From the NCBI RefSeq assembly GCF_009914755.1, contig NC_060935.1: a stretch of DNA of 64,000 nt. One strand, 5' to 3'. Made by a program: the position numbers and the translations under genes. The first letter of the stretch is position 1, and the number at the start of each line of letters is the position of its first letter. Shown piece after piece: positions 16,177 to 34,191 of this stretch. The notes under the pieces were generated by a model. That model saw nothing but the letters and a program-made list of their open reading frames with translations, made no database searches and was not told the origin of the DNA. This DNA is from the human T2T-CHM13v2.0 reference genome, Homo sapiens.

Positions 16177-16476
16177 TATTTATTATTATTATTTTTTGAG
16201 ACAAAGTCTTGCTCTGTCACCCAGGCTGGAGTGCAGTGGCACAATCTCGGCTCACTGCAATCTCTGCCGCCCGGGATCATGCATTCTCCTGCCTCAGCCT
16301 CCTAAGTAGCTGGGATCACATGCACACATCACCACACCCAGCTAATTTTTGTATTTTCAGTAGAGAGGGGGTTTCACCATGTTGGCCAGGTGGTCTCGCA
16401 TTCCTGACCTCAAGTGATCTGCTCCCCTCAGCCTCCCAGAGTGCTGGGATTACAGCCATGAGCCACCGTGCCCAGT
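16177..16476 (-). mobile_element. Alu inserted in an L2 remnant
   Basis: Antisense dimer; flanks at 15990-16170 and 16480-16670 resemble the L2 3' end. Confidence 0.9.
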
Positions 16477-17711
16477 TTATTTATTTTTAATCACAACCCA
16501 AAATCATCTTTTTAGTTGTTTACTTCCTTATAGTCTACGTCTCTCCACCTGGATATTATCTTCATGAGAGCAGGAACTTATTCATCTTATTTACCACTTC
16601 ATGCCTTGTGCCTAAAACAGTGACTAACGGAGTGGGCAGTCCAAACTAACAGCTGTTCACTGAGTAAGTGAGCATAATATTGCATTATTTTCCTACATTT
16701 CATTCCTTTAAACAAAATTGGATGATGTTAAAAATTACCAGCAACGGGTTCCAAGATGGCCGAATAGGAACAGCTCCAGTCTACAGCTTCCAGTGTGAGC
16801 AATGCAGAAGATAGGTGGATTTCTGCATTTCCAACTGAGGTACCAGGTTCATCTCACTGGGGCTTGTCGGACAGTGGCTGCAGCCCACAGAGCGTAAGCC
16901 GAAGCAGGGCAGGGCACTGCATCACCCGGGAAGCACAAGGGGTTGGGGAATCCCCTTTCCTAGCAAAGGGAAGCCGTGACAGACAGTACCTAGAAAATCG
17001 GGACACTCCCACCCTAATACTGCGCTTTTCCAATGGTCTTAGCAAATGGCACACCAGGAGACTGTATCCTGCACGTGGCTCAGAGGGTCCCACACCCACG
17101 AAGCCTTGCTCACTGCTAGCACAGCAGTCTGAGATCAAACTGCAAGGCCGCAGCGAGGCTGGGGGAGGGGCGTCCGCCAGTGCTGAGGCTTGAGTAGGTA
17201 AACAAAGTGGCCGGGAAGCTCGAACTGGGTGGAGCCCACCACAGCTCAAGGAGGCCTGCCTGCCTCTGTAGATTCCACCTCTGGGAGCAGGGCATACATA
17301 GCTGAACAAAGGGCAGTAGAAACTTCTGCAGACTTAAAACTTGCTTGTCTGACAGCTTTGAAGAGAGCAGTGGTTCTCCCAGCACAGAGTTTGAGATCTG
17401 AGAACGGACAGACTGCCTCCTAAAGTGGGTCCCTGACCCCCGAGAAGCCTAACTGGGAGACACCTCCCAGCTTCCAGAGGAAGGATCAGGCAGCAACATT
17501 TGCTGTTCTGCAATATTTTCTGTTCTGCAGCCTCTGCTGGTGATAGCCAGGCAAACAGGGTCTGGAGTGGACCTCCAGCAAACTCCAACAGACCTGCAGC
17601 TGAGGGTCCTGACTGTTAGAAGGAAAACTAACAAACAGAAAGGACATCCACACCAAAACCCCATCTGTACGTCACCATCATCAAAGACCAAAGGTAGATA
17701 AAACCACAAAG

Positions 17712-18734
17712 ATGGGGAGAAACCAGAGCAGAAAAGCTGAAAATTCTAAAAATCAGAGCGCCTCTTCTCCTCCAAAGGAATGCAGCTCCTCGCCAGCAAC
17801 AGAACAAAGCTGGACGGAGAATGACTTTGACGAGTTGAGAGAAGAAGGCTTCAGACGATCGGTAATAACAAACTTCTCCCGAGCTAAAGGAGGATGTTCA
17901 AACCCATCGCAAAGAAGCTAAAAACCTTGAAAAAAGATTAGACAAATGGCTAACTAGAATAAATAGCATAGAGAAGACCTTAAATGACCTGATGGAGCTG
18001 AAAACCATGGTGCAAGAACTACGTGACACATGCACAAGCTTCAGTAGCTGATTCAACTAGAAGAAAGTGTATCAGTGATTGAAGATCAAATGAATGAAAT
18101 GAAGCAAGATTATAAGTTTAGAGAAAAAACAGTAAAAAGAAACGAACAAAGCCTTCAAGAAATATGGGACTATGTGAAAAGACCAAATCTATGTCTGATT
18201 GGTGTAACTGAAAGTGACGGGGAGCGTGGAACCAAGTTGGAAAACACTCTTCAGGATATTATCCAGGAGAACTTCCCCAACCTAGCAAGGCAGGCCAACA
18301 TTCAAATTCAGGAAATACAGAGAACACCACAAAGATACTCCTCGAGAAGAACAACTCCAGGACACATAATTGTCAGATTCACCAAAGTTGAAATGAAGGA
18401 AAAAATACTAAGGGCAGCCAGAGAGAAAGGTTGGGTTATCCACAAAGCGAAGCCCATCAGACTAACAGCGGATGTCTCGGCAGAAACTCCACAAGCCAGA
18501 AGAAAGTAGGGGGCCAATATTCAACATTCTTAAAGAAAAGAATTTTCAACCCAGAATTTCATATCCAGCCAAACTAAGTTTCATAAGTGAAGGAGAAATA
18601 AAATCCTTTACAGACAAGCAAATGCTGAGAGATTTTGTCACCACCAGGCCTGCCTTATAAGAGCTCCTAAAGGAAGCACTAAACATGGAAAGGAACAACC
18701 GTACCAGCCACTGCAAAAACATGTCAAATTGTAA
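17712..18734 (+). pseudogene. L1 ORF1p, disrupted
   Basis: MGRNQSRKAENSKNQSASSPPK...; QEIWDYVKRPNL; FQPRISYPAKLSF; split over several frames with stops. Confidence 0.95.
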
Positions 18735-18797
18735 AGACCATCGATGATAGGAAGAAACTGCATTAACTAACGAGCAAAATACCCAGCTAACATCATA

Positions 18798-22614
<3,817 letters not shown>

Positions 22615-23852
22615 ACAATGAGAACACTTGAACACAGGGTGGGGAACATCACACACCAGGGCCTGTCGTGGGTGGGGGTGGGGTGGGACAGCATTAGGAG
22701 ACACATCTAATGTAAATGACGAGTTGACGGGTGCAGCACACCAACATGGCATATGTATACATATGTAACAAACCTGCACATTGTGCACATGTACCATAGA
22801 ACTTAAAGTATAATAATAATAAATAAATAAAAGATACATGCACACACATGTTTATTGCAGCACTATTCACAATAGCAAAGACTTGGAACCAACCCAAATG
22901 TCCATCAATGATAGACTGGATTAAGAAAATGTGGCACATATACACCATGGAATACTATGCAGCCATAAAAAAGGATGAGTTCATGTCCTTTGTAGGGACG
23001 TGGATGAAGCTGGAAACCATCATTCTCAGCAAACTATCCGAAGGACAGAAAACCAAACACCGCATGTTCTCACTCATAGGTGAGAACTGAACAAAGAGAA
23101 CACTTGGACACAGGGCAGGGAACATCACACACCAGGGCCTGTCGTGGGGTGGGGGGAAGGGGGGAGGGATAGCATGAGGAGATAATACCTAATGTAAATG
23201 ATGCGTTAATGGGTGTAGCACACCAACATGGCACATGTATACATACGTAACAAATCTGCACGTTGTGCACATGTACCCTAGAACTCGAAGTATAAAAAAA
23301 AATTACCATCAATTTTCAGACGCAATCTCAAAAACATGAGTTGAACACAATTAACTTTCTGAGGAGTTGAAGCAGTTAAGTGTACTATGAATTCTTTAGT
23401 TAGAAAAATTCTTTTCTACATCCAATCTCTAGTTAAAAACTAGTATTGATATCTCTATGTCTCTCTGTGTATCTATCACTGTTTGTATCTATCAACATTT
23501 GCATCTATCAGTGAATCAATCAATCAGTCAATCAATCATTCATCTGTATCACCATTTGCAACTAAAGCAACCTGTCAGGCCAATTGGTTCCTGTCTTTGA
23601 CTGACTTACAAACTCACAGAAAGTTTCCATCTAATATTCTTTTCACACATAAAACATTTTATCTAAAGTAAACAGAAGAAGGTAGTGTGACATACAGGAT
23701 TATATACCTGATAAATTCTTTCCACTTCAGTAAGACTTTCATTGTTGCAATCGGGGGTAAAAATTGGAATACAGAATAAGCTGTTCCCAAATTTCCACTG
23801 CCTTCTTCTGTAGAAATCTAAATGCAAGCCAGGTCCAAGTGCTCAAAATGGT

Positions 23853-23960
23853 GGTTAAAAGTTCAGTAGTGCAGAATTAGATCCAATAAAGAATAAAAGG
23901 AAAAGGTACCTAATAGTGTAATAAAACATTTTTAAAATAAGACCCTCTCACAACTACCCA
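23853..23960 (+). repeat. 108-bp direct repeat, copy A
   Basis: GGTTAAAAGTTCAGTAGTGCAGAATTAGAT...GACCCTCTCACAACTACCCA; 8 mismatches to copy B by manual alignment. Confidence 0.95.
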
Positions 23961-25700
23961 TCCCTGCCATGAATATGGACAAAACTAACCTCACTAGAGT
24001 GGCCCAAATGACTAGGCCAAGGATGTATAACCAAACTAATGGCAATCGTAATAAATGGAACATACATGATTAAGAGATAAACGGCTTTGGAAAGGAGTTG
24101 GTGCAAGTTATGTCCAAGAAAAGAGCTTCAGATTGGATGATGGTAACCCAATCCTCTCAGATCCCTCTGTTGGGAAGTATCAATGCTATGTGATCAAGGA
24201 GACGGCTGTATCCTGAATGATATTGAGCTGCTGTTCTAGTTACTGATGAGATGTGCACTCCAATCTAGACCATGCCACATTTCCTTACATCCTTGCTCAA
24301 ACCCATTATGAAAAATAATCTGGGCATGTGTCTTCCTTGCACTATAAAGTGTAAATTCATCCATCCACAGAATCTAAATACTCTGACTGCAAATGAAATA
24401 AGGGGAAATTATTTTCTATATAAGCTGAAAGTGTGTCAAACAAGTCCCTGCAGACAAGAATGTCAAAAGTACAGCTGTCTTCAAATAATGATTAGAGGAC
24501 ATAAAAAAATAGAACTGTTACATGTAACTCAGTGGTACATTGGAAAGCAACCTTTATTCCTATTGACTTCAAGTACCTATATTACTGTATAAACAGAAAA
24601 ACAGCTGTAATAATGTATAGGATTGGAGCATAAACCAGTACACATCTGCAAAATGTATATATTAGTGTTTTGATAAGGCAAGTCAGCAATTACAAAATAT
24701 CTATGTTGCTCCACAATTGAGTTCAACCAACCAAAAACATACATATCCTGCATACCTACTATGCACCAGGCATAGAGTGAGATGTTAGGATGAATAAATC
24801 ATAGATTTCACTCTCAAGGAACTTGGAGACCAAAACAAGAGAAAAAAAGATTCTCTGAAATTCCAACGTGGTGAGTCCTATAAAAGTGATAGACACCCAA
24901 CATTCTAAGGAGTACTGCAGGCAGTCTCCGCTTTTTCCAACAGTACATTCCTGGAATACACATCATAATGGAATTTGCCAAAGATGCTATTTTCCTAGTG
25001 AGAGGAAATATGGCGCCACAGAAACTGCACTAAATAAATAGCACCAAATAAATTGGTAAACAGTATGTTCAAAGAAACAAAGCTTCAACAATGGTCTATG
25101 TAACTAAAAAGAAAAACAGTTAAGCATCCATCCTATAAAAATACACAAACTTAACATGTTTCAAAAGTGTTTTCAAGATACAAAGAGGAATGCGACAGTT
25201 ATGAGGCGTAAAACACATTGTGCAAAAACATTTTTAATAGTTGTATTATCTGTTCTCCTTCTAGAAAAATTTGAGGCAATGCTTTTCTTCTTTCTCAAAA
25301 AATTTCCCTGTGCTAGAAGGGGCATTTGAAATCATCCCACTGACTCTGGAGCTGCCCTCAAAGTATTCAGTTGATTTTTAATAATCATTCACAGTGAAAA
25401 GCATGTTTTAAAAGTAAGGCCACACCACACTTCAGACAGTGTGATAAAGAGACATAGGTTTTAGAATACAACTGGGTTTCAAATCCTGAATGTGACACTT
25501 AGTGTCATGTGATCTTGGGCATTTCCTAACCACTCTTGAGTTTCAATTTCCCCATGTGTAAACCAGAAATGACACCTACCTCACCACTGTTAAATTAGTA
25601 AATGTATGAGGAGTATCTTATAAGTTGTAGGCATTCAAAAATGGTGTCTATTGCTAATATTACTGTCTTTATGTTTCTTCTACCTCCTTTGTCTACCCAA

Positions 25701-25808
25701 GGTTAAAAGTTCAGTAGTGCAGAATTAGATTCAATAAAGGACAAAAGGAAAAGCTATCTAATAGTGTAATAAAATATTTTTTAACTAAGACCCTCTCACA
25801 ACTACCCA
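25701..25808 (+). repeat. 108-bp direct repeat, copy B
   Basis: Matches 23853-23960 without gaps. Confidence 0.95.
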
Positions 25809-26937
25809 ATGATAACCACTATTACATTTTGGAGTAATCCCTCTAGACTTTTTTTCCTCTCAATGAAAACGTTTTCTGTAGAATTACTAAAACTAGAATT
25901 AAAGTATGTCCTGACTACGTACCACCAGACACCAGTCAAAAAGGCAGAGATAATGAAACAAAGAACAGCAGTAAACCAAGAACATAAACTAAGTGAAACA
26001 CTGGGATGCCCCACAGGAATAAAAACTCCAGCAAGTTGCAAAGCAGCATGAAGGTACTTACTGCCACTGACCTTTACACTTTAAAAAAATGGTTACTTAT
26101 GTATTTTATGTCATGTATATTTTGCCACAAAATAAAAAACAAAAGAACAAAAACTCCTAGAAGTTAAGGCTTGGTCCATTTTGTATTCTTAGAACCTAGG
26201 ATGTGCTAGCTCATTAGAGTCCATAAATATTCCCTGACTAAAAGTAAACAAAACAAGTTAGTGATAGGATTGGTGTACCTTTTTCTAGTTTCCAACTCAG
26301 TCAACTGTGAAGATTAAGGGCAGTGAGAAGATAACTTAAAAATTGTTTACAAGAAACGTACCTTGATGATTTACTACTGATATTGATGACATCAGCCTGG
26401 TTCTTGCATCTTTCCATGTTAGTGAACTCAGAGGCCCAAGGCTTTGTCCCAAACTAAAATCACAGGGTAAGGGCCTCACCAAGTGTTTGGGTTGAGTCTG
26501 CCTAATGGGTGAAATGTAAGTAGGGTCTCCTTAGAGTCAGCAGAGGTATATTAAGGCTGCCATGGCTGACTAGTTTACAGTGACTTGTTTCATCAATAGG
26601 ACCTGCAGACTTCTGTGCTGACATTTCATATCTACAGGCAAACTACAAAACCCTCACATCTAAAAATGTGCTTCAAAAATTCATAACATGAAATTCCGAT
26701 ACACTTTTTGTTTTAGAATTTACTGACATCTTTACAAGACTGAGGAAGATTAATCCAGTGAACTATCACTTACTGATGTCTACTATAGGGCACTAGGGCA
26801 GGTTATTGGGATTCATGGGTGAAGAACTCAGGGTTAAAACAGGTCAGTGAACCAGCTTATGCCTACTTCCCTGGCTGTTATTACTTCATGTACCCTAGAC
26901 AAATGAAAATTTGTTTTTTTAATCTTTTAAAACTCAC

Positions 26938-26994
26938 CTGTTGAGTTAGCACTGGAGTTGTGTGGAAGCCCAGAATTCTCTATGTTTGCAGATG
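26938..26994 (-). CDS. TMEM123: TMEM123 (porimin) exon 2, 57 bp
   Basis: Minus strand ttacag|CATCTGCAAAC...TCAACAG|gtgagt encodes (A)SANIENSGLPHNSSANST, in phase with exon 1 and matching the porimin N-terminus. Confidence 0.96.
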
Positions 26995-29929
26995 CTGTAA
27001 AAATAAAGAAATATCCTGTTATGAAAGAACATTTAACTAAGAATACTGGCAGTATGTGGTTTTCTGCCTAGCGGGAGTAGGGGTAGTGGTGTCAGGAGGG
27101 TAGATTATTCCACAGGAAGTTCTACTTTGGCCCCTGTTGTTATGAAACATATCTTGAAGCTGTCAGTAAAAGGGACTGTATTACCAGGTTTTTCAAGATA
27201 AACATCTAGCTTACATAACAAACACTTACATAGTACTTACTATATACCAGCCACCGAATGCAACAGCTTTGCCAAAATTCATTTACCCACACAATTGGGG
27301 ACAGATGGGCCAATTTCTGCCACTGAGGACTCTGCTCTTCTGAGTGGAGTGGACCATTTCAGGAGAGGCCGATTCTACTCACAGGCATCTCTAGGTCTTG
27401 CACCACCCAACCAACACCCCTAATTTCATACAATGGAGGGATAAAATAGGATTTTCTTATTTAACTGCACCTTCTCAGTAGGGTTTTAATTTTTAAATTA
27501 GTACACCTTTAGATTTGGAAAAAATGTAAGAGATTTCTATGTCCCAATTAAGCAACTTTTCAGAGTGCTTTATTCGTTTTGAGTCTTTGTCTAATGAAGA
27601 TTAAATATGTATAACACATAGGGAGAGAGCAAGTGTATTATTGTGTCCTTTTCACAAAGATGAACTCTCCCCCACTTAAAAAAAAAATCCTCCAAGTACA
27701 AAGAAAAGCAGTAACTTTGAAGGATTTATCTTTACTTCTTGGGCAAATTTCTTCTTTGTGAGAATTTCTTCTTCTTGATGGGACTATCATCTATTTATCA
27801 CAAAAGGATACAGTGTAAGATTAACTTGAAAAAGATCAAGGTCAACAGACTACGTAGATGTATTTAGCAGCAGATAGCAAACAATTGCCAACATTATTAG
27901 GTGCTTACCACAAGCCAGGGTTATGTGCATTAGCTCATCTAACCCTCTCAACAATTCTTAGGAGTATTGTTTTGCAGACAAGAACTGAGGCCCAGAGAAG
28001 GCCGCCCAGATACAAAGTGGCAGAGACTGGAATTGGACCAGATAGTTTGATTCCTAAGCCTGCAGATATGAGTGCCAAAATGGAACTACTGATTTTCTAC
28101 TATAAACCTGCTCCTCCCCCAACCTTCCCAATTGTTGCATTACCAGCTGCTCAACCCCAAAACCAAGAGGTCATCCTTTGATTCTTCTCTCTTCCTCATC
28201 CCACCCTCCAATCCATCAGCAAGTGATTAGTCCCAACCCCCCATAGATCTAGAATCCACCCTTTTATCTCCATTGCCACTCACCATCATCTTTTGGCTGG
28301 GCTAACACAACAGCCTGTTTTTGTTTCCCTGCTATTGTCGCTCTTAACGCGATGATTTCTTAATTTCTTGGCGACTTATTTGAACACTTGAATACAGCCA
28401 TTTTCAAGCCACCTCAATCCTTGCACTTTTCAGTTACAAGTCAAAAAAGTCCCTTCTTTCCACAGTTGTTCAAGGTGGGTTTCTGTCACTTGCCACTAAG
28501 AGTAATGACTAACAGCCGCCCCTCCCATCCTGTTAATGTTAATGTCATTCATTGGAATACTACAATAAATCCTGTTTGCTGATTTGCAAACTTGCTCATA
28601 GTCTCCCTCCTCCTTCAACTGATATTTATAAAGCTATGCAGCTGACTGTGAAGAATATTTTAAAAGCAGAATTTCAATAATGTTTTTATCTTCTCCCACA
28701 ATATTCTAGGCAATGGTAATACTGTGGAATAAAAGTATTATCTACTTCAAGAGCCATCATCATCTAACGCGGCTTAGTGGTGAAATGGTTAATTGAAAAT
28801 TTGGATTTTGATCTGAAACCAAACATGTATTAATTGTTTTACTTGCCATAAATTAGCTTACTTATCTATAAAATGGGGACGATACTGTGAGGATTCAATG
28901 GGATGATTTATGGACCTAAATTAGCATAGCGTGGGATGCACAGAATATGTACCCAGTAAAAATCAGCCATTAAGAGTTTTAGTATGATGGCTAAAAATCA
29001 CTATACTTCGTAATGACATTGTATACAGATTACACTATACATGAAGACTACGATTAACAGTTACTAGCTTTTTTGAGAAATCTTCTATTGTATACCTTTT
29101 AGTCTAGTTGCAAGGTGACATTATATAGTCTGTAGAAACAGATTCCACCTCTGGTTGGTTATACTAGTTTATGAATTCAGGGCTCGCCTACTGTAGAGCA
29201 TTTCAAGTTTTGCAAATGGGACTAACCTCTAGTAAGACATTAAGTAATAAACAGAACAAACAGTGCTAAAATAGGGCAAAAAAAATCTGTGTTATCAGGG
29301 CAAAAGAAAGAAAAGCATGGTCACTCACAGTTTCTCTAATCGGTAATTCATTGAAACAGTAAGGCTTATCTTCACAAACACAGCAACAAATTTTTAAAAA
29401 TGGAGACCTCACCTCATGAGATAATTGGTATAAAATTAGGACCAAGATACACGATGGACATGATTTTACCACTTTTTTTCTTAAATGATCTCAAAATTAG
29501 GTCTGCGAAGCCAGTTTGTCACACGCACAATTAAGCAAACAAAAAAACTTCAGCAAAACAAAGAAAAATTGTTAATTCACCCAGGTTATTCCAGAAAAAG
29601 CAAGTGTTGTGCCTGAACCTTCCAGATTTACAAACTGCCTTTTTCTTTTGCTGGATAAAACGAACCTAAGGCTAACATATACAGTGGATGGATAGAACTT
29701 AAAACCATGAAAACCTTGGGTTACTTAACTTATCCTAGTTTACTGACCATTACCTAGGGACCTGACTTCTCTAACAGTTGACAAAGGAAAACAGTATTTA
29801 CACAACAAATCCCAACTTCCTGGTTTCATCCAAAAAGGGCTGTTTGAAGTCTCCAAAGGGCCAAGGGCCTAAAACGAAACAAATTCCGCCCTACACAGAA
29901 AAGCAAAGTCAACATCATCCTGTTACGAC

Positions 29930-31520
29930 CTTACTAGCGACGACAAGGGCCACCGGCGACCGTGCAGCTGTGCCCTTAACGCTGCGCAGCTGCCGCGCGC
30001 CTCGGCCGGGTGTTTATGGCACACGAGGGGTGGAGAGCGCCCCGCCATGGGGGCGGCCGCCTCAACTACCGCGAGGGCGGGGCGCGCTCCCCAAAAGCTC
30101 CCAACTAGCTCCAAGAGCCCCGAAGTCTAACTTCGAGCGTCAGGGGGACCTAAAGATTGTAATTCATCTGGATAATACTGCATAATATTAGACGCTGAAA
30201 TGCCTGGGGGACGCTTGAAAAGCTCCCCGACTAACTGGGAGACGTTTCCGCGGGCCTAGGTAGACATATTTTTCAACTCAGCTAATCTTGTTTACAAACG
30301 GAAGCCTTAGAAACTCTAACCTCGGCAAACATTAACTTCAGGGAAAGGCTGTAAAAACCAACTTGCGGTAACTCAACAGGTTATGCGCACCCGTCCCGGC
30401 CTGCGACCGCCGCATCCAAAAAGCGAGAGGGGAAGCACCAGGCAATTTCCTCAGCAGGCGGCCCCGGGGCCAGCGGGTGACTGGTCCAAACCTCAGTTTC
30501 CCCCACCCCGCCCGGTCACCTCTGGGTCCGCCCCGAGCGTTCGGCCAGACACACGTGGAACTTTCTGTACCAGAGCCCAACTTGGGAACCCAAGCCTCGG
30601 CAGCGCGCTGCCTCCCACGAACGGGGCTGACGACCCCCGCAGCCACTTACCCGCCATGGCTGCGCTTTCATGGGCGGCCCCCAGCAGCGCTAGCACCTGC
30701 AGCGTCCCCAGGAGCAGCGCGGCCCAAGCACCTCGCGCGCCGAGTCCCATTGTTCCGAGGGCAGGATGCGGCAGCCTCGTGGGCTCCCAGCCGAGGTGGC
30801 GGCGGCGAGAGCGGCTCCTCTGCGCAGCCGGCGCCGGCTCCGCTTCCCCTTCGGCCGCGCACGTTTCCCCTCCCGCCGCTTGCCCCCCGAATGACCAAAT
30901 AGGGCGCAGGAGCGGGGCCTGGAGGGGGCGTCGCGTGCGCAGCCGGGGCGGCGGGGCCGGGCTGGGTGGCGCGGGGGCGGGCTCGGGGTTCTGGGCGTGG
31001 CGACTCGGCTCGCGGCCTCCCTCGCAGGCGCGCGCTTGGGAACCCCAGAAACCGCGAGCCGTTTCCTTTCTCTTCGGAAATGGCAGTTTTGTTGTCCTGG
31101 ATGAAGGCGAGCGCCGCTGCCTCCCTGAATGCTGAGCACGCTGGCTTCGCGGTGCCCGGAAGGAAGCCTTTGAAGAGTAGTTTTGCGGGCAGGGAGGGGA
31201 CAGGGGTGCGTGCGACTCAGAGTGAGAGGGAGGAGTTGCAGGGCAAAGGCGGGAGGAGGGGGAGATTCTGGAGAGGAACTTGAGGGGATGGGATTCACTC
31301 TAAGGAGTCCTGGGCGGTCGGAGCTTTCCCCTCGCGTGACCCAGCCTAAGGGGGAAGTGGAGAAAAACAGCTCGACAGATTTGTTGCTTAAATTCAAACG
31401 TAAAACACCTACGATCTTCTTATCCCAGTTGTACTTCATCTTCTCCACGGGTTCCCTGTATCTCTGATTAAGACACGAGATTAGTGGAGTGGGCGGGTGG
31501 GGGCGCGCGCAGGAGTTGGT
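29930..31520. promoter_or_regulatory. CpG island / TMEM123 promoter, probably bidirectional
   Basis: Very high GC and CpG density; GC boxes (GGGGCGGG near 30075 and 30974); NRF1-like GCGTGCGC at ~30933; spans exon 1. Confidence 0.9.
30651..30750 (-). CDS. TMEM123: TMEM123 (porimin) coding exon 1, signal peptide
   Basis: ATG at 30750; MGLGARGAWAALLLGTLQVLALLGAAHESAAMA + G|gtaagt donor (phase 1). Confidence 0.97.
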
Positions 31521-32404
31521 AGCAACTCTCAGTGAAATACAGTAGAGCCATGGAAAGCGGGGGCTGCATTAATCCAACCAGCCTTTTCTCTCCTTGTGCC
31601 CTGCTGTCCCAGTTCAGATGAAATGGCCAGTTTTGAACAGTTTTTGGCTGAGTTCCTTTTAAACCCTTGGAGCCAATGCTAATCACTTGTCTTGACTTGA
31701 AGTGCTTGTAAAGTCTGCATTTTCATCGTGCTCAGAACTCTGAAGTGACATAGCTACCTGTGGCTAATGCATGAGAATAACAAAGGCTGAGTCCTGGCTT
31801 GGGTGGGAACCCTCAGCTGAAGTAGAAGACTGAAGGATCCAAGGAACCTAAAATCACAGTGAATCCCCACCTGCAAAGGTCTTAATGTTGCAGATCTTTG
31901 GCACCTGAGCCAGATTTCATCACATAAAGGCCACATTGCAGTTAACTTTTGAAAACTGTGTTATGAGAGGTAGAACTTTCTCATGTCAGGCAAATCCATC
32001 ATTACAGAGGTCTGACTGGTCCTAGAGATTAACTGAGACAATCTGTCCTAAATTTACAGAGACTTCCATCTGTGGATTCAGTCAGCCAACCTGCAAATGT
32101 TTCCCCTGCAGCTTATCATGGACAAAAAGCAAGCATTGCACATTTCGATTTTGGTTATTCTATTTAACTGGGGAATCTGGTTTAGGAATAAACCGTTCTG
32201 GTGACTACCCCATTATCCAAGCATTTCCCAATCTAGGCCCAACCTGTCTTTCCAGCCTTGGTTCTGTTGCCCATGGAGAAGGGTGCTTTCTGGTTCCTGG
32301 CATTTGCATACGTTGTTCTTTCCTTCTGGAATTCTCTTCACCAACCCACAGCTAATACTTCCTTTAAGGCTCAGTGTACTTATAGCCTGGGAATCTGGGG
32401 TGGA

Positions 32405-33091
<687 letters not shown>

Positions 33092-34191
33092 GTGTGGAGA
33101 ACAAGATATTTATTTACTTGGACAGTTTTTCCCGGGTACTGACCTGTTGGAGACACCTTCAGATCTCTGCTATCTGATTGCCACACCACAGTGAGTGGGT
33201 GTGCCCATCTTTGATACTAACAGCTCAGTACTGTGGATTGCCCATGTTTTTTCTAGTCTGAGGAGAGGGGAAAGAGCAAGGAACTGTGTGGCCTTCCTGC
33301 TCTCTTGGAAACTCTATTGGGAGGACTAGCCTCCCAGAGAAGTTGTAGCCCCAGTTATGCCTCAGGTTCAGCCCCCATCACTGTACCAACATTTTACTTT
33401 GGTGATGTGAAAAGTTAAAAGAACAGCCCTTGGCCATTTAGGTCTCTCCTCCTTTCCAGCCTCATGTCTGGATCCCTCTCTGTAACCTCACTAGAGCACT
33501 CAAAGTTTTCCAAATATGCTGGGGCCTTCCACGCCCCTGTGTTCTTGCTCCTGTTCTTCCCTTTGCCCAAGATGCCCTCTAACCTTTTCTCTTAGGCAGT
33601 TTCTACTCCTCTCTCAAGATTCCCTTCATATCCCATCTCCCCACCCATCTGGGCAGATTTTAGTGCTTGGATCCCTCTGCTCATACATTGATCAACTGGG
33701 TCTCTAACCTTGTTCTCTATAAAATATTCTCCACATAGCAGCCAGTGTGATTCTTTTAAAACATGTCAGATTATGCCATTCCCTTGCCACTTAACAAAGT
33801 CTGAAACCATGGCCTGCAAGGCCTACGTGACATGGTCCATGGCTGCCCTTACCACCTCATTTTCTACCCTCTCCTTCACTTCTCAGCTCCAGCCTCCTTG
33901 CAGCACTTTAGAAATGTCAAGTCAGTTTCCATCCCGGAGCCTCTGTACTTGCTGCTTCCTCACATCCTTCAACACTGCTCATCTGAGAAAAGCCCTTCTT
34001 GAATACCCTAGTTTACAGCTCTGTTTCTTTTTGTGGCATCCAGTGCTATCCATCATTATGTTCATTTATGTGTTTATTTTTTGTCTGTCCTACAAAAATA
34101 CAAGTTCCATGAGAATAAAAAAGTGAATGCATATTTTGGCCAAGTGCCTATCGCATATTGCTACTGGATTCATGTCATACGAATCACTTCC

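Noticed and set aside
24130-24250. Possible C/D snoRNA (TGATG...CTGA motifs)
   Set aside because: The motifs are on the strand opposite the host gene, there is no canonical RTGATGA with terminal stem, and no recognisable guide.
30493-30650. Continuation of the exon 1 ORF (GKWLRGSS...)
   Set aside because: It reads through a consensus G|gtaagt donor; the real protein continues in exon 2.
30383-31448. Long ORFs (250 aa on +, 252 aa on -) over the promoter
   Set aside because: Low-complexity Pro/Ala/Arg/Gly translations expected from stop-poor GC-rich CpG-island DNA; no recognisable domain.
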